From contig NC_091477.1 in assembly GCF_036971445.1 (NCBI RefSeq), positions 101,680,001 to 101,744,000 of the forward strand: 64,000 nt of DNA. The letters are read 5' to 3'. The position numbers and the translations under genes are program-made. Below, piece after piece: positions 36,817-50,500 of this stretch. This DNA comes from Narcine bancroftii. Taxonomy: Eukaryota. Each line of letters opens with the position of its first letter. The stretch's first letter is position 1. The notes beneath the pieces were generated by a model, which saw nothing but the letters and a program-made list of their open reading frames with translations, ran no database searches and was not told the origin of the DNA.

Positions 36817-38887
36817 CTGCAAAGTTTTAAAAAGTAGCTATTAGCAATTGCTTGAAAATGAGCATTTTTAAAATACAGATCTTGTTATCCCAATGGAATG
36901 GACAAAAATAATGCTTTTCAATCAAATCCAAAATTCAATAAATGAGGATATTTGCAAAACATCAAATCAAAGCTGGAAACAATATATGGCTTTTCTATTG
37001 CAATCTATATAAAAATTGTAATCATTAGTGCTCTCAAAAACCAAAATGCAAAACAAAAACCCACACAAATGGCAGTCTCAGGTACAAAATAAGCATATGA
37101 GCTGCTCTTATATTAAAATATTGTTATGTGAGCAGTTCCATTGAAGAGGTCAAACTAAAATGAAATTAGAGAAAACAATCGTTGAACAGCGAGGTTAAGT
37201 AAAATTCCTCCACTTTAACAAAACATGTGAACAAGTTGAAATTTTTTAAAAAAATGGTTATTTTTAAATCAGCAGTGACCTTTAGAAATATTAACTACAA
37301 AAGAAGTAAAATGTGAATTCAGAATTATTGGAAGAAAAATTTATTGTTCCAAAACTATTACCATTATTCTCATTCAAACATTAAATTTAATTTCATATTC
37401 TTAAATAATCCAAAAGATAATATATCTGGCACATTGTGTGTGATTTTCATTTATTTGATTCTTTGTCTGAGCAGGCCCCGTCATTTCTTGAGATTAGAAG
37501 AATGAAAGGCAATCTCATTAAAATGTTACAATGAGCTGTTTACCCCGAGTAGAGCATTTACTCAGAGAAAGTTGTCTCAACCTAAAAAGTCAAATTGAGT
37601 TGAGAAGCCATTTCTTCATTAGGAAGGTTGTAAATGCAAGGAGATCCCTAGCCTCAAGGGATGAGCATGATCATTTAAAAAATATATATTCAAGACACAT
37701 CTTTGTTTTATTGCCAAGGAATTAAAGGAACTGGGTTCAGGATTAAAAAGTAGAGTTGTTTTTGAAGTTCAACTGTAATCTCATTGAACGGTGCAACAGG
37801 TTTAATTGGAATTATCGTTTATTTCAACTTTTGTTCATACATAAATAACTTCAAACTCTATTTATGACTCAATAAAAGTCCAAGGATATTACAAAATTTT
37901 CCATTCCCAAGCCACAGTTTTAAAAGATTATTAGTTCATAATGCATTTCAGACAATCAGCTTCAGTATTATTAAATCAACATGTTTTAAACGTTAACCTT
38001 TCCACTAAAGCACTTTCTATTCCTTTCCAATAATGTGCCAGAGTCCCAATTTTAGAAAAGTAATAACACAATAATTTTCACTTTTCCCGCCAAAGATTTT
38101 GTAGGCATGAATTAGTTGATGGTGCAGAAGCTACCTTAAAATGTTGTACCATTACCATTATGAATTTTGTTTAATTCAACCAATTCAATTTCTAAAAAAG
38201 ACAGGAACCAAGGACATTTTTCAATCCCTTCAATTTGAATGTAAAGCTAAACCCAAGAGACAAAATGATGATCTTGCATCCACATCATTACTAGGTATCA
38301 CTGGAACATTCTTTATTTTGAAAAACTGAAACAGTAATTAACAAACAAAAGCAACAATGCAACTGTTCCAATGCAACATCTCAGTGAAGGATAACAATAA
38401 TTTTTAAAAAGCTCACAGAAATTGTCACCTTTCTTATTTACCAGCTGAAAGACTATTTTGAAAAGATCTCCCAAAAATACAATGGTTGTGTGTAGATAAA
38501 AATGACGAGAAAATGCATGCTTCTCTAAAGCATGAAAGAATACCTGTCGCCTGTTAAGTACAACATATTTGACAATGAAAACAGCCAAAGATCCACCAAG
38601 CAGTAAGCAATGAGATAATTTCAAATATTTCCATGTTCATCAAAATTAGCTATGGGTTTCTGCGCATCTTATATTTACTTGTTGCAACAACAACAGTTGA
38701 ATATAATTGGTGGCAATGTTTAATATGAAAAAGGATTATGTAAACAACATTCACAAATTCAATTGAGCTCATACAAAATAGTTGGGCTACAAAACTACAA
38801 TTGAGATTATTTTTAAAAAATCACTCTATGACAATGTATCCTGGACACCTAGCATGTATGTGCAAACAAAATCTAAAGTACCGGTAC

Positions 38888-38976
38888 CTTCATTCTTGCA
38901 GCCAAGCTTACTATGGTGAGATGTTTCAGCTTGTTCTTCTGAGCTAATGTTAATTCAGGCAGATTCCCCTTATTTG
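38888..38976 (-). CDS. COPS7B: COPS7B coding exon 3 (89 nt)
   Basis: (A)[29 protein letters not shown]; acceptor tgtttag, donor AAG|gtaccg. Confidence 0.93.
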
Positions 38977-39559
38977 CTAAACAACAGAAAATATGTAATT
39001 CTAGAAAGAACCTTTAAATTAAAGCAAGAATCACACATAGCTCAAATCTGATTGTGTATTACCATTTTGCCAAAGGAACTTGTGCCTTGATCAGGATTTG
39101 AGAAATTCCCCAAAGTCTATTTAATTACTCAAATCAATAAAGACATTTATGTTATTGTAAATAAAAAGAAACACTCCTATTAAAAATGCTCTATTGTTCA
39201 TAGTCAACTTTCAACAGTGAATTAATTACATTTGCATAGCAACTAATAGAAAAATGACCATAGGAAATATAACTGATGATCATGAATGCTGAAACCTACA
39301 ACCTGCAGAATCAGAATCAGAATGAAGGTGCAATTTCACACTTGCTTTTAAATAAAACTACATAAATGATCTGGGTTAATTTCCTAATGGAAAAATCAAA
39401 ATTTCTGATGCAATTCTTAAGCATGATTAAACTCAGCAATGTTTTCACACAGGTGAAATTAACTAAAAAATGAACAATAGTTTGAAGTTAAGCATTTCAC
39501 ACAATGGAATTAAAGCAGGCAAGTAGAAAAGGTGTTCATGTCACAGGAATGATAAACCG

Positions 39560-39885
39560 AGATTAAATTACTTCACTAACAATTCAGGGACATGGACTAT
39601 AACCCAAGAGTTCAAATCCTACCATTCAGGTGCAAATTTTATTTTGTAATACAATACTGAAATGGCTATTAAAGTAATGGATTGTGTAAAAAAAATTGTT
39701 CATTAACATCTTTAAAGGGAACTTGTTTTCCTTACTCACCCTGATCTATAAAAGATTCCAGGCCAACAGTGTACAACTCTTCTGCTCCATGAAATGGCCT
39801 GGGGCTATCAACTCAATACTAATAAGAGAGATCAATAAGAAATGCAGGCCTTACCAGAGATACTCACATCTCATGAATGATGACA
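39560..39885 (+). mobile_element. Old tRNA-derived SINE relic
   Basis: B-box-like gagttcaaatcct; tail ...cacatctcatgaatga. Confidence 0.45.
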
Positions 39886-40989
39886 AGGAAACTCTTAGTG
39901 GCTTGATTACAGAGGACAACAAAGATTTGCTTCCTGAACACTTTTGGGTGTAGTTTGTGGATTTTGGGCTGCTGATCACAAAAATCACCATAAAAATTTC
40001 CTTCCACATACCGTTTTTTAAAAAATATAACCTATTTTTGTGATTTCCTGTCATATTTTAAGTCTACTTCAAGCCTACAAAACCACAAAGTACAACCCAT
40101 CTGAAAATTCATTTTCTGCATTCGCACTTGGACTCCTTCCCTGCTGATCTCGGAGCAGTCAGTTACGAACATGGTGAAAGGTTTCACCAGGACATTGCAA
40201 CCATGGAAAGGCGGCATCAGGGCAACTGGAATCCATCAATGCTGGCTGACTATTGTTGGACACTGACATGAGAGGCATCAGATGCTGAGTACAAAAGAAA
40301 ATCAGTGGCAAAACATTTTTAGGTCACTTGAACTAATGCAATTTGTCAGCATCATTATGTGATTAAACATGCTAAATTCAATAGAAGTTAATTTAATATT
40401 TCTCCAACTTCCTACATGATATAACAAATCTAAAATTGTGTGTTCAGATTGAAGTTGTCTGCCATAATCCCAATTTTATTTCAGGAAGCAAACCTTCTGA
40501 AAAAATTTGTTGTTCAGTGTTATTGATTATGGATATTGCAACTACTGCAGCTACTACAGCAATAAGCTGCCACAATGGAGATGATGATTTCAACAAATAT
40601 TTGAATTGTGGCCAAAATTATTCTACTTCCATTTAAATTTCAGATTATAGCTGAATAAGTTACAAGTCTATCAACCTAAAATTAGAGAATTCTGGTAATT
40701 TGTGGGCTATGTGCAATCCTTTGTCTATTGGAATGACTCAGGTGGGCAAAAGAAAAATCCTTTGGCTGAGTAACAGGTAATAAAAATATAATGGCTCTAA
40801 TTTCAGCAAAGCAACAAAATCAAGAGACAGGAAAGGACAGCAAAGAAAAGCAAAAACATGAGAAAGAAATAGAATAAAAGAATGAGCTCCTTATGGGAAA
40901 GGAACAGAAGTACATGAGTAGACATTCTATAAAAAAAAATAATCAGAGGGAAAGGAAGGTATCAGTAAGCAGTAAATGTCAATACAGTT

Positions 40990-43810
40990 TTTTTTTAAAC
41001 TTTATTTAAGATTTTATAACATGAATAACATATAGGATTACATTTAAAAAAATTAAGAATAATCAAATTACAATACAGTATCAGTAATCTAAATAAACTA
41101 TACCCTCCCCAATAATTATTACACATTAATAACCCAACTCAAATTAGTCCAACCCCCCCTTCCCCCCAAAATAAAGAGTGAATAAAGTTAATAATATGTG
41201 AGAAAAAAGAACCCACTTACAAAAAAAGAACAAAAGCATAACCGATTAAAATACTAACAAAAAGAAAAGTAATTAATACTAAGATATCAGACTTAAAAAA
41301 CATATTTAAATCAAACTTAAATGCATATATTTAACAAATGGAGTTAAGATGAAACATATATTTAACTCAAACTTAATATAAAAAATTAGTAAAGTTAGTA
41401 ACATCTATCAAAAATTCTTAAATAATCAATTCTTTAAAAAAATTGTAGCATGAAAAAAATGAAAAAAAAACTTTCTCTATAGAGATAAACCTTCACCAAA
41501 TATCAAATAACTTCACATCTATCATCATATTAGTCACATAAACCACCATCTTAAAACAAAATTCAAACCTCATTAAGCAATGTACAATTCAATTTTAGTA
41601 CTCTTCCACCATTTTTCTCTTTTACTCTTGAATAGTTATCCAATGAAAGCTCCAATACCATATTTAAATATCCCCAATCATTACGTTAAAATTCAGATAT
41701 CCTAATAATAAAAACACATCTACAACGAAATCTATATCTTCAACAAATGGAGCATAAACCACAAATAAAATTCAAGCCTCATTAAGAATTGTACAATTCA
41801 ATTTATAACTTTCACCATTATTCCCTTCGTTCTATAACTAAAATAGCAAAATAATATACACCAGAATTACCACTCCTTTCACCTTAAAATTAAAGAAAAA
41901 ATATAAAAAAAACTTATCCATCCCATTCACATTTAAATTTCAAATATTCTTTATCTACTGAATAAACTTTACAAAAAAAACATCAATTTTTAGTTTTTTA
42001 AACAATCAAATACTTTCTTATGCTTTTTTTTATATTTAAACAAAAAAAAACCCTTCACTCTTTAATCTAATAATACAAAAAAAAAGGAAAAAAAGAAACA
42101 GGTAGGCTAAAAATACCCCCTCCCGTCTAAACCGCGCAATGCGGTAACTCCCAAAAAAAATGGGTGTGAGATAACGTCACACGTAGCAGATGACTTTCAG
42201 GAAATAGTGCCTATCCAGTTCTCTCCCCCAACTCTCACTTCATCTTAAACTAACATCATCATTATTTAATATCCCTTTTTTTTAAGCTCCAACTGCCGAG
42301 TCACCATTACAACCATTCCTTCTTGGAGCACGACTCTTTTCTTCCATCTCTTGTCTCCTTAGAGATCGCGGCGGACTATGTCTCTGTTGAAACTGAGTAA
42401 TTGGCAGCTCTTGAGCAAATGCTATAGCTTCCTTTGGAGAATCAAAGAACTTTGGTTGGCAACCATCTTGGAAAACCTTCAAAACAGCTGGATATCTAAA
42501 GGTTGCCTTGTAACCTATCTTCCACAACAACTCTTTAGCAGGATTGAATTCCCGTCGTTGGAACATAACTTCTTGACTCAAATCCGCATAGAAGAAAACT
42601 CGATTATTTTGAATCATCAAGGGTGATTTTCTCTGTTGTGCATTTCTAATAGCCACTCGTAAAATAATTTCTCTATCGTAATAATTCAAGCAACGAACCA
42701 AAACAGGTCTTGGACTTTGACCTGAAATAGGTCTTCTACGCAAGGCTCTGTGAGCACGTTCCAGTATTATACCTTCCGGGAAATGTTCTTGACCCAGCAC
42801 CTGCGGAAAACATTCAGTAAAAAATTTTCTTGGGTCTGGTCCCTCCATACCTTCCGGCAAACCAATAATCTTTATATTGTTTAGTCTGGATTGGTTTTCC
42901 AAATAATCAATCTTTTTAACCAAATTTTTATTTTGAGTTTATAAGTCTTCGACCATTTTGGTCACATCAAAAACTTGATCCCGTATTTCGTCTATATCTT
43001 CTTCACACGAATTAAATTTATCTCTCACTTCAAGCTTAAAAGCTCCAAACTCAGCCATCTGTTGAGAATGTATTTTCACCAGAGTATTACACCTAGTACC
43101 AAGTTCAGTCATAATCTTGGATAATCCCTGCATTGTATAAGATCATTTAGATTCAAGATTCACAAAAATCTTTTCAATTGGAAGAGATTTTGGCTCAACA
43201 AATTCCTGCTTCTTCTGCATAACCAAAGAATCTTCTGTTCCTTCCTTCATTCTGTTTGCCTTCCTTGTAGTATGACTGCGTGTGGAAACCCCAGCCACAG
43301 CCTCTCCAGCAATGACTGGAGGACGCTGGCCGGGGTTTTCCCCAGTCCATAATGTATTAAGTTCTCCCAGTACATCAAGTTGTATAGGTTTTTCTATCTC
43401 AAGAGATGCAGTTTGCAGCGCCATCTCTACAGTTGACAAATGCCTTTGAGTAACTCTTTGTTCTAAAGGCTGTTTGGCGCCCTCTTTAGGAGGCTCTACC
43501 GATGTAATATAGAGCTCTACATCCGAACACTACCTCTCTCCTGCGATCCATTTCATGCTGAGTCCCGGTGTCTTTCCTGTAGGTAGGCTCCAAAACTTGA
43601 ACTTTTGGAAAATGTAGTTTTTTGATGATCTGTTGTCATTTTTTTTGCTCTTTTCCACCAATTGTACCATCATAAGTTAAATTAACAGCACTGAAATTAT
43701 CTAAACTTTTAAAGAATTTTAACGGGCATTTCTAGACAAAACAATAAGATAGAGTCAGGAGAGGACTGGAAGGCACGTCTGATCCTTACGCCATCTTGCC
43801 ACGCCCCCCT
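40990..43810 (-). mobile_element. L1-clade element encoding ORF1 only (HAL1-like), full length, 15-bp TSD
   Basis: 5' end GGGGGCGTGGCAAGATGGCG, L1 ORF1 motifs, AATAAA + poly(A) at ~40990-41010; TSD aatgtcaatacagtt at 40975-40989 and 43811-43825. Confidence 0.88.
42282..43670 (-). pseudogene. L1 ORF1p (coiled coil, RRM, CTD) with in-frame stops
   Basis: LENQSRLNNIKIIGLPEG, LERAHR, PRPVLVR, FFYADLS, FRYPAVLKV; three ORF-track pieces share one frame, split by stops at 43143 and 42939. Confidence 0.85.
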
Positions 43811-44439
43811 AATGTCAATACAGTTGATGTGAAATTGGTTTGGATGAAACAAAATAAATTCTGAGGGGGAAAAAAAATCTAGGTGAGACCAGTAGGTCTC
43901 AGTGTTGCCACTAGGCAGTACAACACATAAATGGCATGCAAGAAGGGATTTTGATTATCAAGGGAAACTTTCATCTGCATATTGATTTGATTAAATCGAA
44001 CTGGAAATGGAATACATAAGGATTGCTTCTCAGTGCAATGTCGCAGTACCTCCCCAAGAATGAGCAATTTTAGATTCTGTTTTGTGTGAGGAGGTGGGTT
44101 TAGTAAAAAAAATCCTGTTGCTAATCATCTTCACAGCATGATAGAATAACTGGCACAGTTTAACTTGGTTAGTCTAAATAAGTGTAATTACCAAGGAAAA
44201 AGTAAAAATTATCCAGAATGAACTGGGAAAATATGCTAAAGAAAAGGACAAAGGGTGAGTTACCTAAATATCAACCTCTGCTACTACAAAAAATTCAGTG
44301 GAATGTAACCCAGTTAGGAGGAACTCGATGAGAAAAGTGAACCATCTGTAGTTAACAGGGATGATCAAGGAAAATATTAAAAAGTATTAGAAGTTGCAAA
44401 AGCCAGAAAATTGGGAATTTTCCTGACTCAGCAAGGTGC

Positions 44440-45030
44440 AAGAAACAAAAACAAAAATTGCTGGAGAACCTCAGCAAGTCAAACAGCATCCTTTATGAAG
44501 CAAAAGTAGAAATACATAACTGACACTTTGGCCTTGAGCCCTTCATCAAGGTAGGAGAGAATACCAGCAGGCATCCGAACAAAATGGTAGGAGGGGAGGG
44601 AGGGGTGGCAAAGGCAGGAGATGATAGGTGGAAAAAGGAGGGAGGGTACAGCAGCAATGAAGTGAAGGAGGGATGACTGAGTGGGTAAGGGGGAAGGGAG
44701 GGGAGAACTGGAAAGACAGGAAAGGGGGAAGGGAAAGAAGAGGCAAGCAAGTTTAGCAGAAAGCAGAGAATTAAATGTTAATGCCATCTCGCTGGATAGT
44801 GCCTCGACGAAAAATAAGGTGTTGTTCCTCCAATCTGCGGGTGGTCAGAGTGGAATAGTACAGAAGACCATGGACAAATATCCCATCCTGATACTCTCAT
44901 ACCTTGCTGAAGGGCTCAAGCCCAAAATGTCAGTTATGTATTTCTAATACATTAAGGACCCAGTTTGAACTACTGAGCTTCTCCAGAATTTTGGGTTATT
45001 ACTTCAATCACTGTCTACAGATTTTCATGA
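44440..45030. mobile_element. Penelope-like end with an inverted partial terminal repeat
   Basis: 44510-44555 is the reverse complement (few mismatches) of 44899-44944. Confidence 0.7.
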
Positions 45031-45239
45031 TTTACACGGAGCAAGGAACCTGGTTACAAGAGAAAAATGGCAACCAGTATCAAAACCAAACAGCAATATG
45101 GATAAACAAAAAGGAAGACCATAGCAAAGTACAGGACATCTTGAGAGTAAGATTAGAGAACAAAGAATAAAAATGGCAAATAATTTTAACTAATACCATA
45201 TATTTGGGCAAATAAGTCAAGTTTTGAATCCCTCAAAAA

Positions 45240-46125
45240 TGTTAGGGGTGGGGGGACAATGTATGCCAGATACAAAAATACCTGCTGGGAATTTTATTTT
45301 AGGTTTAAGTTTGCACTTGAAGATTACCTTGGGTTTTTTAAAAAAAAACTTTGTCCCATCAGCCATGCACGATAACACCACCGTAAACCTGGTCCTTTCA
45401 TGGGCTGTACTTCTGGACTGCAGTTTTCACATCTTTACATTCCACTGTTCTTTTGCCTATCATGTCAAAAATTATGAGGGTTTCGTCCAATGCAAACTGA
45501 TGTTTCTGCCAGTTATGTATAATAAATGGTGTAAACTTATAACTTTATGATCAAGATCTTTTGTTAGTTTCTGATCAATTTTTTTAATGCAATACCAGCT
45601 TTTTCCAGTTCATGAAACAGTTGCACCAGCCCACTGTAGCTTCAAAATCGTTACTGCATCTGGGTGCGACTTTGCCCATTTCAGTGCAAATGCTCTTATT
45701 TTATTTCACATGATTATGTTCGTGCACCCATGCTGTGACGTGATTTTTTTTGCAACCCTGGCTAATGAAAGGGTCCTCTTCTCATCAAACATTGCTTTTT
45801 TGGTAATTTTTCTAAAACTATCTTTCTTTCTCCAAGCTCATATCAACTTCTCATACATTTCAAATTTTCTTGCAGTATCATTGTTGCTGGACTTCTTGGC
45901 CATTTCTATAGATTTTAACTTGAAACTTGCTTCATACTTTTGTCATTTTGCTTGAGGCTCCATGATAACAACCACCCTCAGGCAATGCCCAACAGCTCAG
46001 CCATCATAATTTTTTTTTGGGGGGGGTGACTTATACACCTGATACATGATAAAACGATGAAAATTAGGCTGAAAATGGGGACCTGACTTATCTGAAGGTC
46101 GACTTATATGCCAAAAAATACTTTG
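45240..46125 (-). mobile_element. pogo/Tc2-like DNA transposon relic
   Basis: KYEASFKLK..A Brinker-like DBD, FEATVGW..FM CENP-B HTH, DET..FD, HERTRFTVVLSCMADGTK; TIR-like gtattttttggcatataagtcgac at 46120. Confidence 0.75.
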
Positions 46126-46139
46126 CATCAATCTGCATA

Positions 46140-47580
46140 ATGGAAAACATTTGCAAATATCCCAAAGATAACTAAAAAGCTATTTTCAAATAGCAAGGAA
46201 ACCCAAAACAATCACCATTATTTGGGTCAAGGTACTGGAAAAATACTAATGGGAATAAAGGAGGACAATTAATGAGGACACAACTGCCCACATCAAAGCA
46301 TCTTAAAGAAAGTGGCTGCAGAGATAGCGACATTATTGAAGCTTTGCAAATCTCACTGTTTATGAGATTTCAAGATAAATACATGAGTATGTGAGGAATA
46401 GAGAAATAAGTTTTTAATGTGCAAGAAGAGCTTAGTTTAATTTGGTATCATGTTTTGCATGGACATTTAATGAAATCAAACCAATTGACGTGATTTTACA
46501 AGAGAAATTTGACATTTGTTAAGCCTGCATTCTTTAAGGTTGTGACAAGCAGAATTGATAGAGGAAAACCAATGGATATAATGTACATAAATCCTCAACT
46601 TTTGATGGGGCTACATCCCAGCCCTCCCATCATAAGTCAAAAAAAATTATGTTGATAAAGAGCAATAGGATCAGATTGGGGACAGATACTGCACTGTCGG
46701 GAGACACTGAACATCATAGCAAAGCCAAAATTCAAAGTACAATATGGATTAGAACCATCATAACTTTGAAAAATTGTAAGTCGGGGACTATCTATATATG
46801 GATTTCCAGAAGGTATTTGATAAGGTGTTACATAAAAGATTGGTACATAAGGGAATAGCTCACAGAAAAAGGAAGTATGTTAACATGGTTTGGTGACCAT
46901 CACACAAAAGTGAGTCTGAAGAAATTAGGCTTTTGCATGCTGGAAGGATATACCAATCAATCAACTTGGATAGGGTCAGAGACTGGAAGAATAAAAGTTT
47001 GCCAATGACACGAAAATAGATGGGGGAGGGGAAAGAACATGCCACGGTGAGTATATCTGAACTCTGCAAATGGATACAGATAAGTTAAGTGCCTGGGCAA
47101 AATCTTGAAATTTTACTAGCAAAATCAGAATTTATTGTCATGAATTTGTTGTTTTTCAGCTGCATTACAGTGCAAATATTTCTATAAACCATATTTCAAA
47201 ATAAATACAAAATGCAAGGTCCTGCACCTCAGTCGATGAGAAGTCTGAATGGAGAAAAATTACAAATCAGTGGAGATGATCAGAGATGAGGGATGATCAT
47301 ATTAAAATATACAACTAGCACAACAGAGTAAATATTCCTCTGTTGGAATTTCAATAAGACAAAATATTATGAGCTAAGAATACACTTATTTACTTGCAGA
47401 TGGTGAATCTTTGGAATTCCCTACCCCAGAGAGCTGTGAAGGATAGATCTCTGGATGAAATGTGTGTTTTTAGGCTGAATTGCCACAAAAAGAGGATTTG
47501 AAGCCGAGGCAGAAGAGCCAGGAATTATAGTAAATGGCATGGTAGATACCTATTCCTGCTTCTATTTCGTGGTCTTCTGT
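46140..47580 (+). mobile_element. Fragmented CR1-type LINE relics
   Basis: gatggtgaatctttggaattccctaccccagagagctgtg and cctattcctgcttctattt tail motifs. Confidence 0.5.
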
Positions 47581-50500
47581 AATATAGGATCGATCATGTC
47601 TGATCTGTACCTCCATTCCATTTATTAACTTTAATCCATATCCCTCAACTTTCCCTCTCATTTTACATTTATCAGCACTATATCCTCTTAAAAATCAATA
47701 TATTCTTGAATAACATGTCTAAAACTGAGTGATACTTCAATAGGGCCCAAGTCAAGCCTTACAGACAAAGGCATTATTTTCATTTTTTTTTTAAACTTCA
47801 AATTCTTTTCTAGTCAAGTCCAAAACACTTTTTTGTCTGATTTCATCCATGTGGACAAGCTTTTGGCTACATCATTTCACTGATATTTATGGGCAACAGC
47901 TGAGGTAGAATGCAATGAGAAGTATCGCTTATGTTACCTGGTGACAAGAGTGCTCTTCTATAATCATTTCTCTTATCTCAAAGCCAATTTCCAATTTACG
48001 TTGTAAAGTTGTTTCTAATTCTATTCCTATTTGCTGATAAAATCCAGTACAAAAATTTTTCAAATGCCTTTTTGGAAATCTAGTCAACATTCATGGACAA
48101 TTCCTTTGCCACCATCATATTAGTGAACGTCAGACAATTTATCAGAATATTTCCTTTCCAGGAATCCATGCAGATTTTGACCAGCATTCTACAAACTTTT
48201 GGGCAACTGATGCTTGACTGATTGGCTGTTTTATATCACCCTCCATTCTGTCATAATGACAAATTCTTGAATTTTTTGACACTACGAACGAAGGGCTCCA
48301 GAGCCATTTAAGGAGATATTTTGCAATGACCAGACTTTGATCAAAAATATTGATTAAGAGCAGCATATTAACTGAGGAGAAAGAGATGGGGAATGAATTC
48401 CATTGGATTAAAGCAACTGATGGCATGGTCACCAGTGGTTTGACAATGGGCATTGTAAACCAGAGAACTTGTGTATTCACACGATTGTAGGGCAAGAAGG
48501 TAGAGGGATGCAACAAAGGGCTTGAACACCAGGGTGAGGAATATAAAAGTGAGACATGAGAGAAGTGGGAATCTGGACAGTTCAGTGAACAAGGGGCAAA
48601 TGAAGTGGAATTAGTTACAATTTAGACTTTAGAATTTTATGGGAGATGGATGGTGAAAGGATTAAGTCATCTGAAGTTAACATTATTAGTGTGATAGTTG
48701 CATTTTTTCCAAGCCAATAGCAAAATTACCAAAACAAGAATTTTTTTTTGTAAAAAAAAATTGATACAACCATATTCTTTACCAGAAAAAAAATGTAAAA
48801 ATCTTTAACAACAACATTCAACTCATGAATAGATTTTGGCTACTTAAGTTTCATAGAGTTATTTTGCAAAAAAAAACATGATTAGCACAAAATGGATACC
48901 AATCGGTCTAAAATTAACTCTGGGGAAAAAAGATACAGGAATAAGAAGTGTTAATCAAGTTAAAAAATTAATTGATAAATTATAATTAAAAGCGAAGCTG
49001 AAATTACAGCCTGATGCCCTTCAAGGGTAATTTTGTAATGATTTTTTTTTAATTGACTATTCTAGTTCTGGAAGTTCATGAACATTCATGCAAAACTGAC
49101 TTCAGCTATGAAAAACCATTCCCAAAGATCATCAATATATAAAGATTATAATACAGCTTTTTCTACATATCAATGCCATCAAAATATTTTCTATCAGAAC
49201 AGAAACTTATTATTAGGACAGATGTCAAATACTGTTATACCACTAATGATAACTCTACACATTTCTTTAGAAGTACACTCAACTTATTTGCGTTGGTTTC
49301 GGAGTTTACTTGACAAAAAAAAATTGCTATTTATCATAAATTACAGATGACCAGATCTGGTTGTAGTTGTCTAGCATTTTACAAATATGAATTTCACCGT
49401 TGATCTTTAATTCATCGATGAATGCTGAACATGGGATGCTTACAAAATCTAGATTGCCTCTGCTGAACACAGATGTACACAGTCAGAAATATACATGTCC
49501 AAATTAGACATCCCACTAGTGAAAACTTAATAAAAATAATAATCATAATAAAAAAACTTGAGGCAGGAAACATGGCAAATATACAGAATTTAGAGGGCAG
49601 ATATTGTTACTTTGAAACAATGAACACTGCTATGTTGTGTAAATAACAGAAAAGATTATTATCCATCTTATAGGTGCTGCCTTGAGCTGAACTGCTCATA
49701 TGCTTTGCTCTTATAATACATTGGAACTTTCTGCTCCTCAAATCATATCATGAACTCTGAACCACACCTGTATTAAAAGAGGAACAAAATATAGTTGCAA
49801 ATTTGAATTTATGATACAATTTTTTAAAAATCAATAATTCAGCATTGGATTCATTTTATAACCAAGATTCTTGTTTACATTCAATTAACTGAAGCTGGTT
49901 TTGAATAAAAGAGCACAATAAATGAAACAAATAGAAATTGTTAATTTCTACTCAAGATTAGCCTAAAGTGGAAGAGTTTAACCATGGCAAGAACTCTCTC
50001 TAACTCGCGTATCATTTAAGTTTCTGCAGATTTAAAAGTTAAAATAAATAAATAAATAGTGATCACCAAAAATCAAATAGCTGATAGAAAACTTTGTCCC
50101 CAACATTTGGATCTTGGTTTTGCAAAGGCCAAAATCATCAATAATATTTTAAAGAGATAAGCATCTTTTATGTCCTATAACATAAAATCTCATGTGTCAT
50201 GGTGTAAAGCAGTACATATGCAGCAAAATTAATGGAATTCCATAAACTGAATCAAGATGGCACAGATGGAGTCAACAATTATTCAATATTCAACCCAAGG
50301 ATGAAAAGTCAGATATTCTGCAGCACAGATCAGATTTGTCACAAAAAACTGAAGGATCAGGGTGCAAGCTGCTCCATGCTGGAAAGAGTCAGGTAATCAA
50401 GCTGGGAGCTTTACGGACTGAAAAATGAATTTCTCTGAGAAATTTTCCCATTATTAACGAAAGTGCTATAATGATATACAAGTTGTTCTGCTATCCCTCA

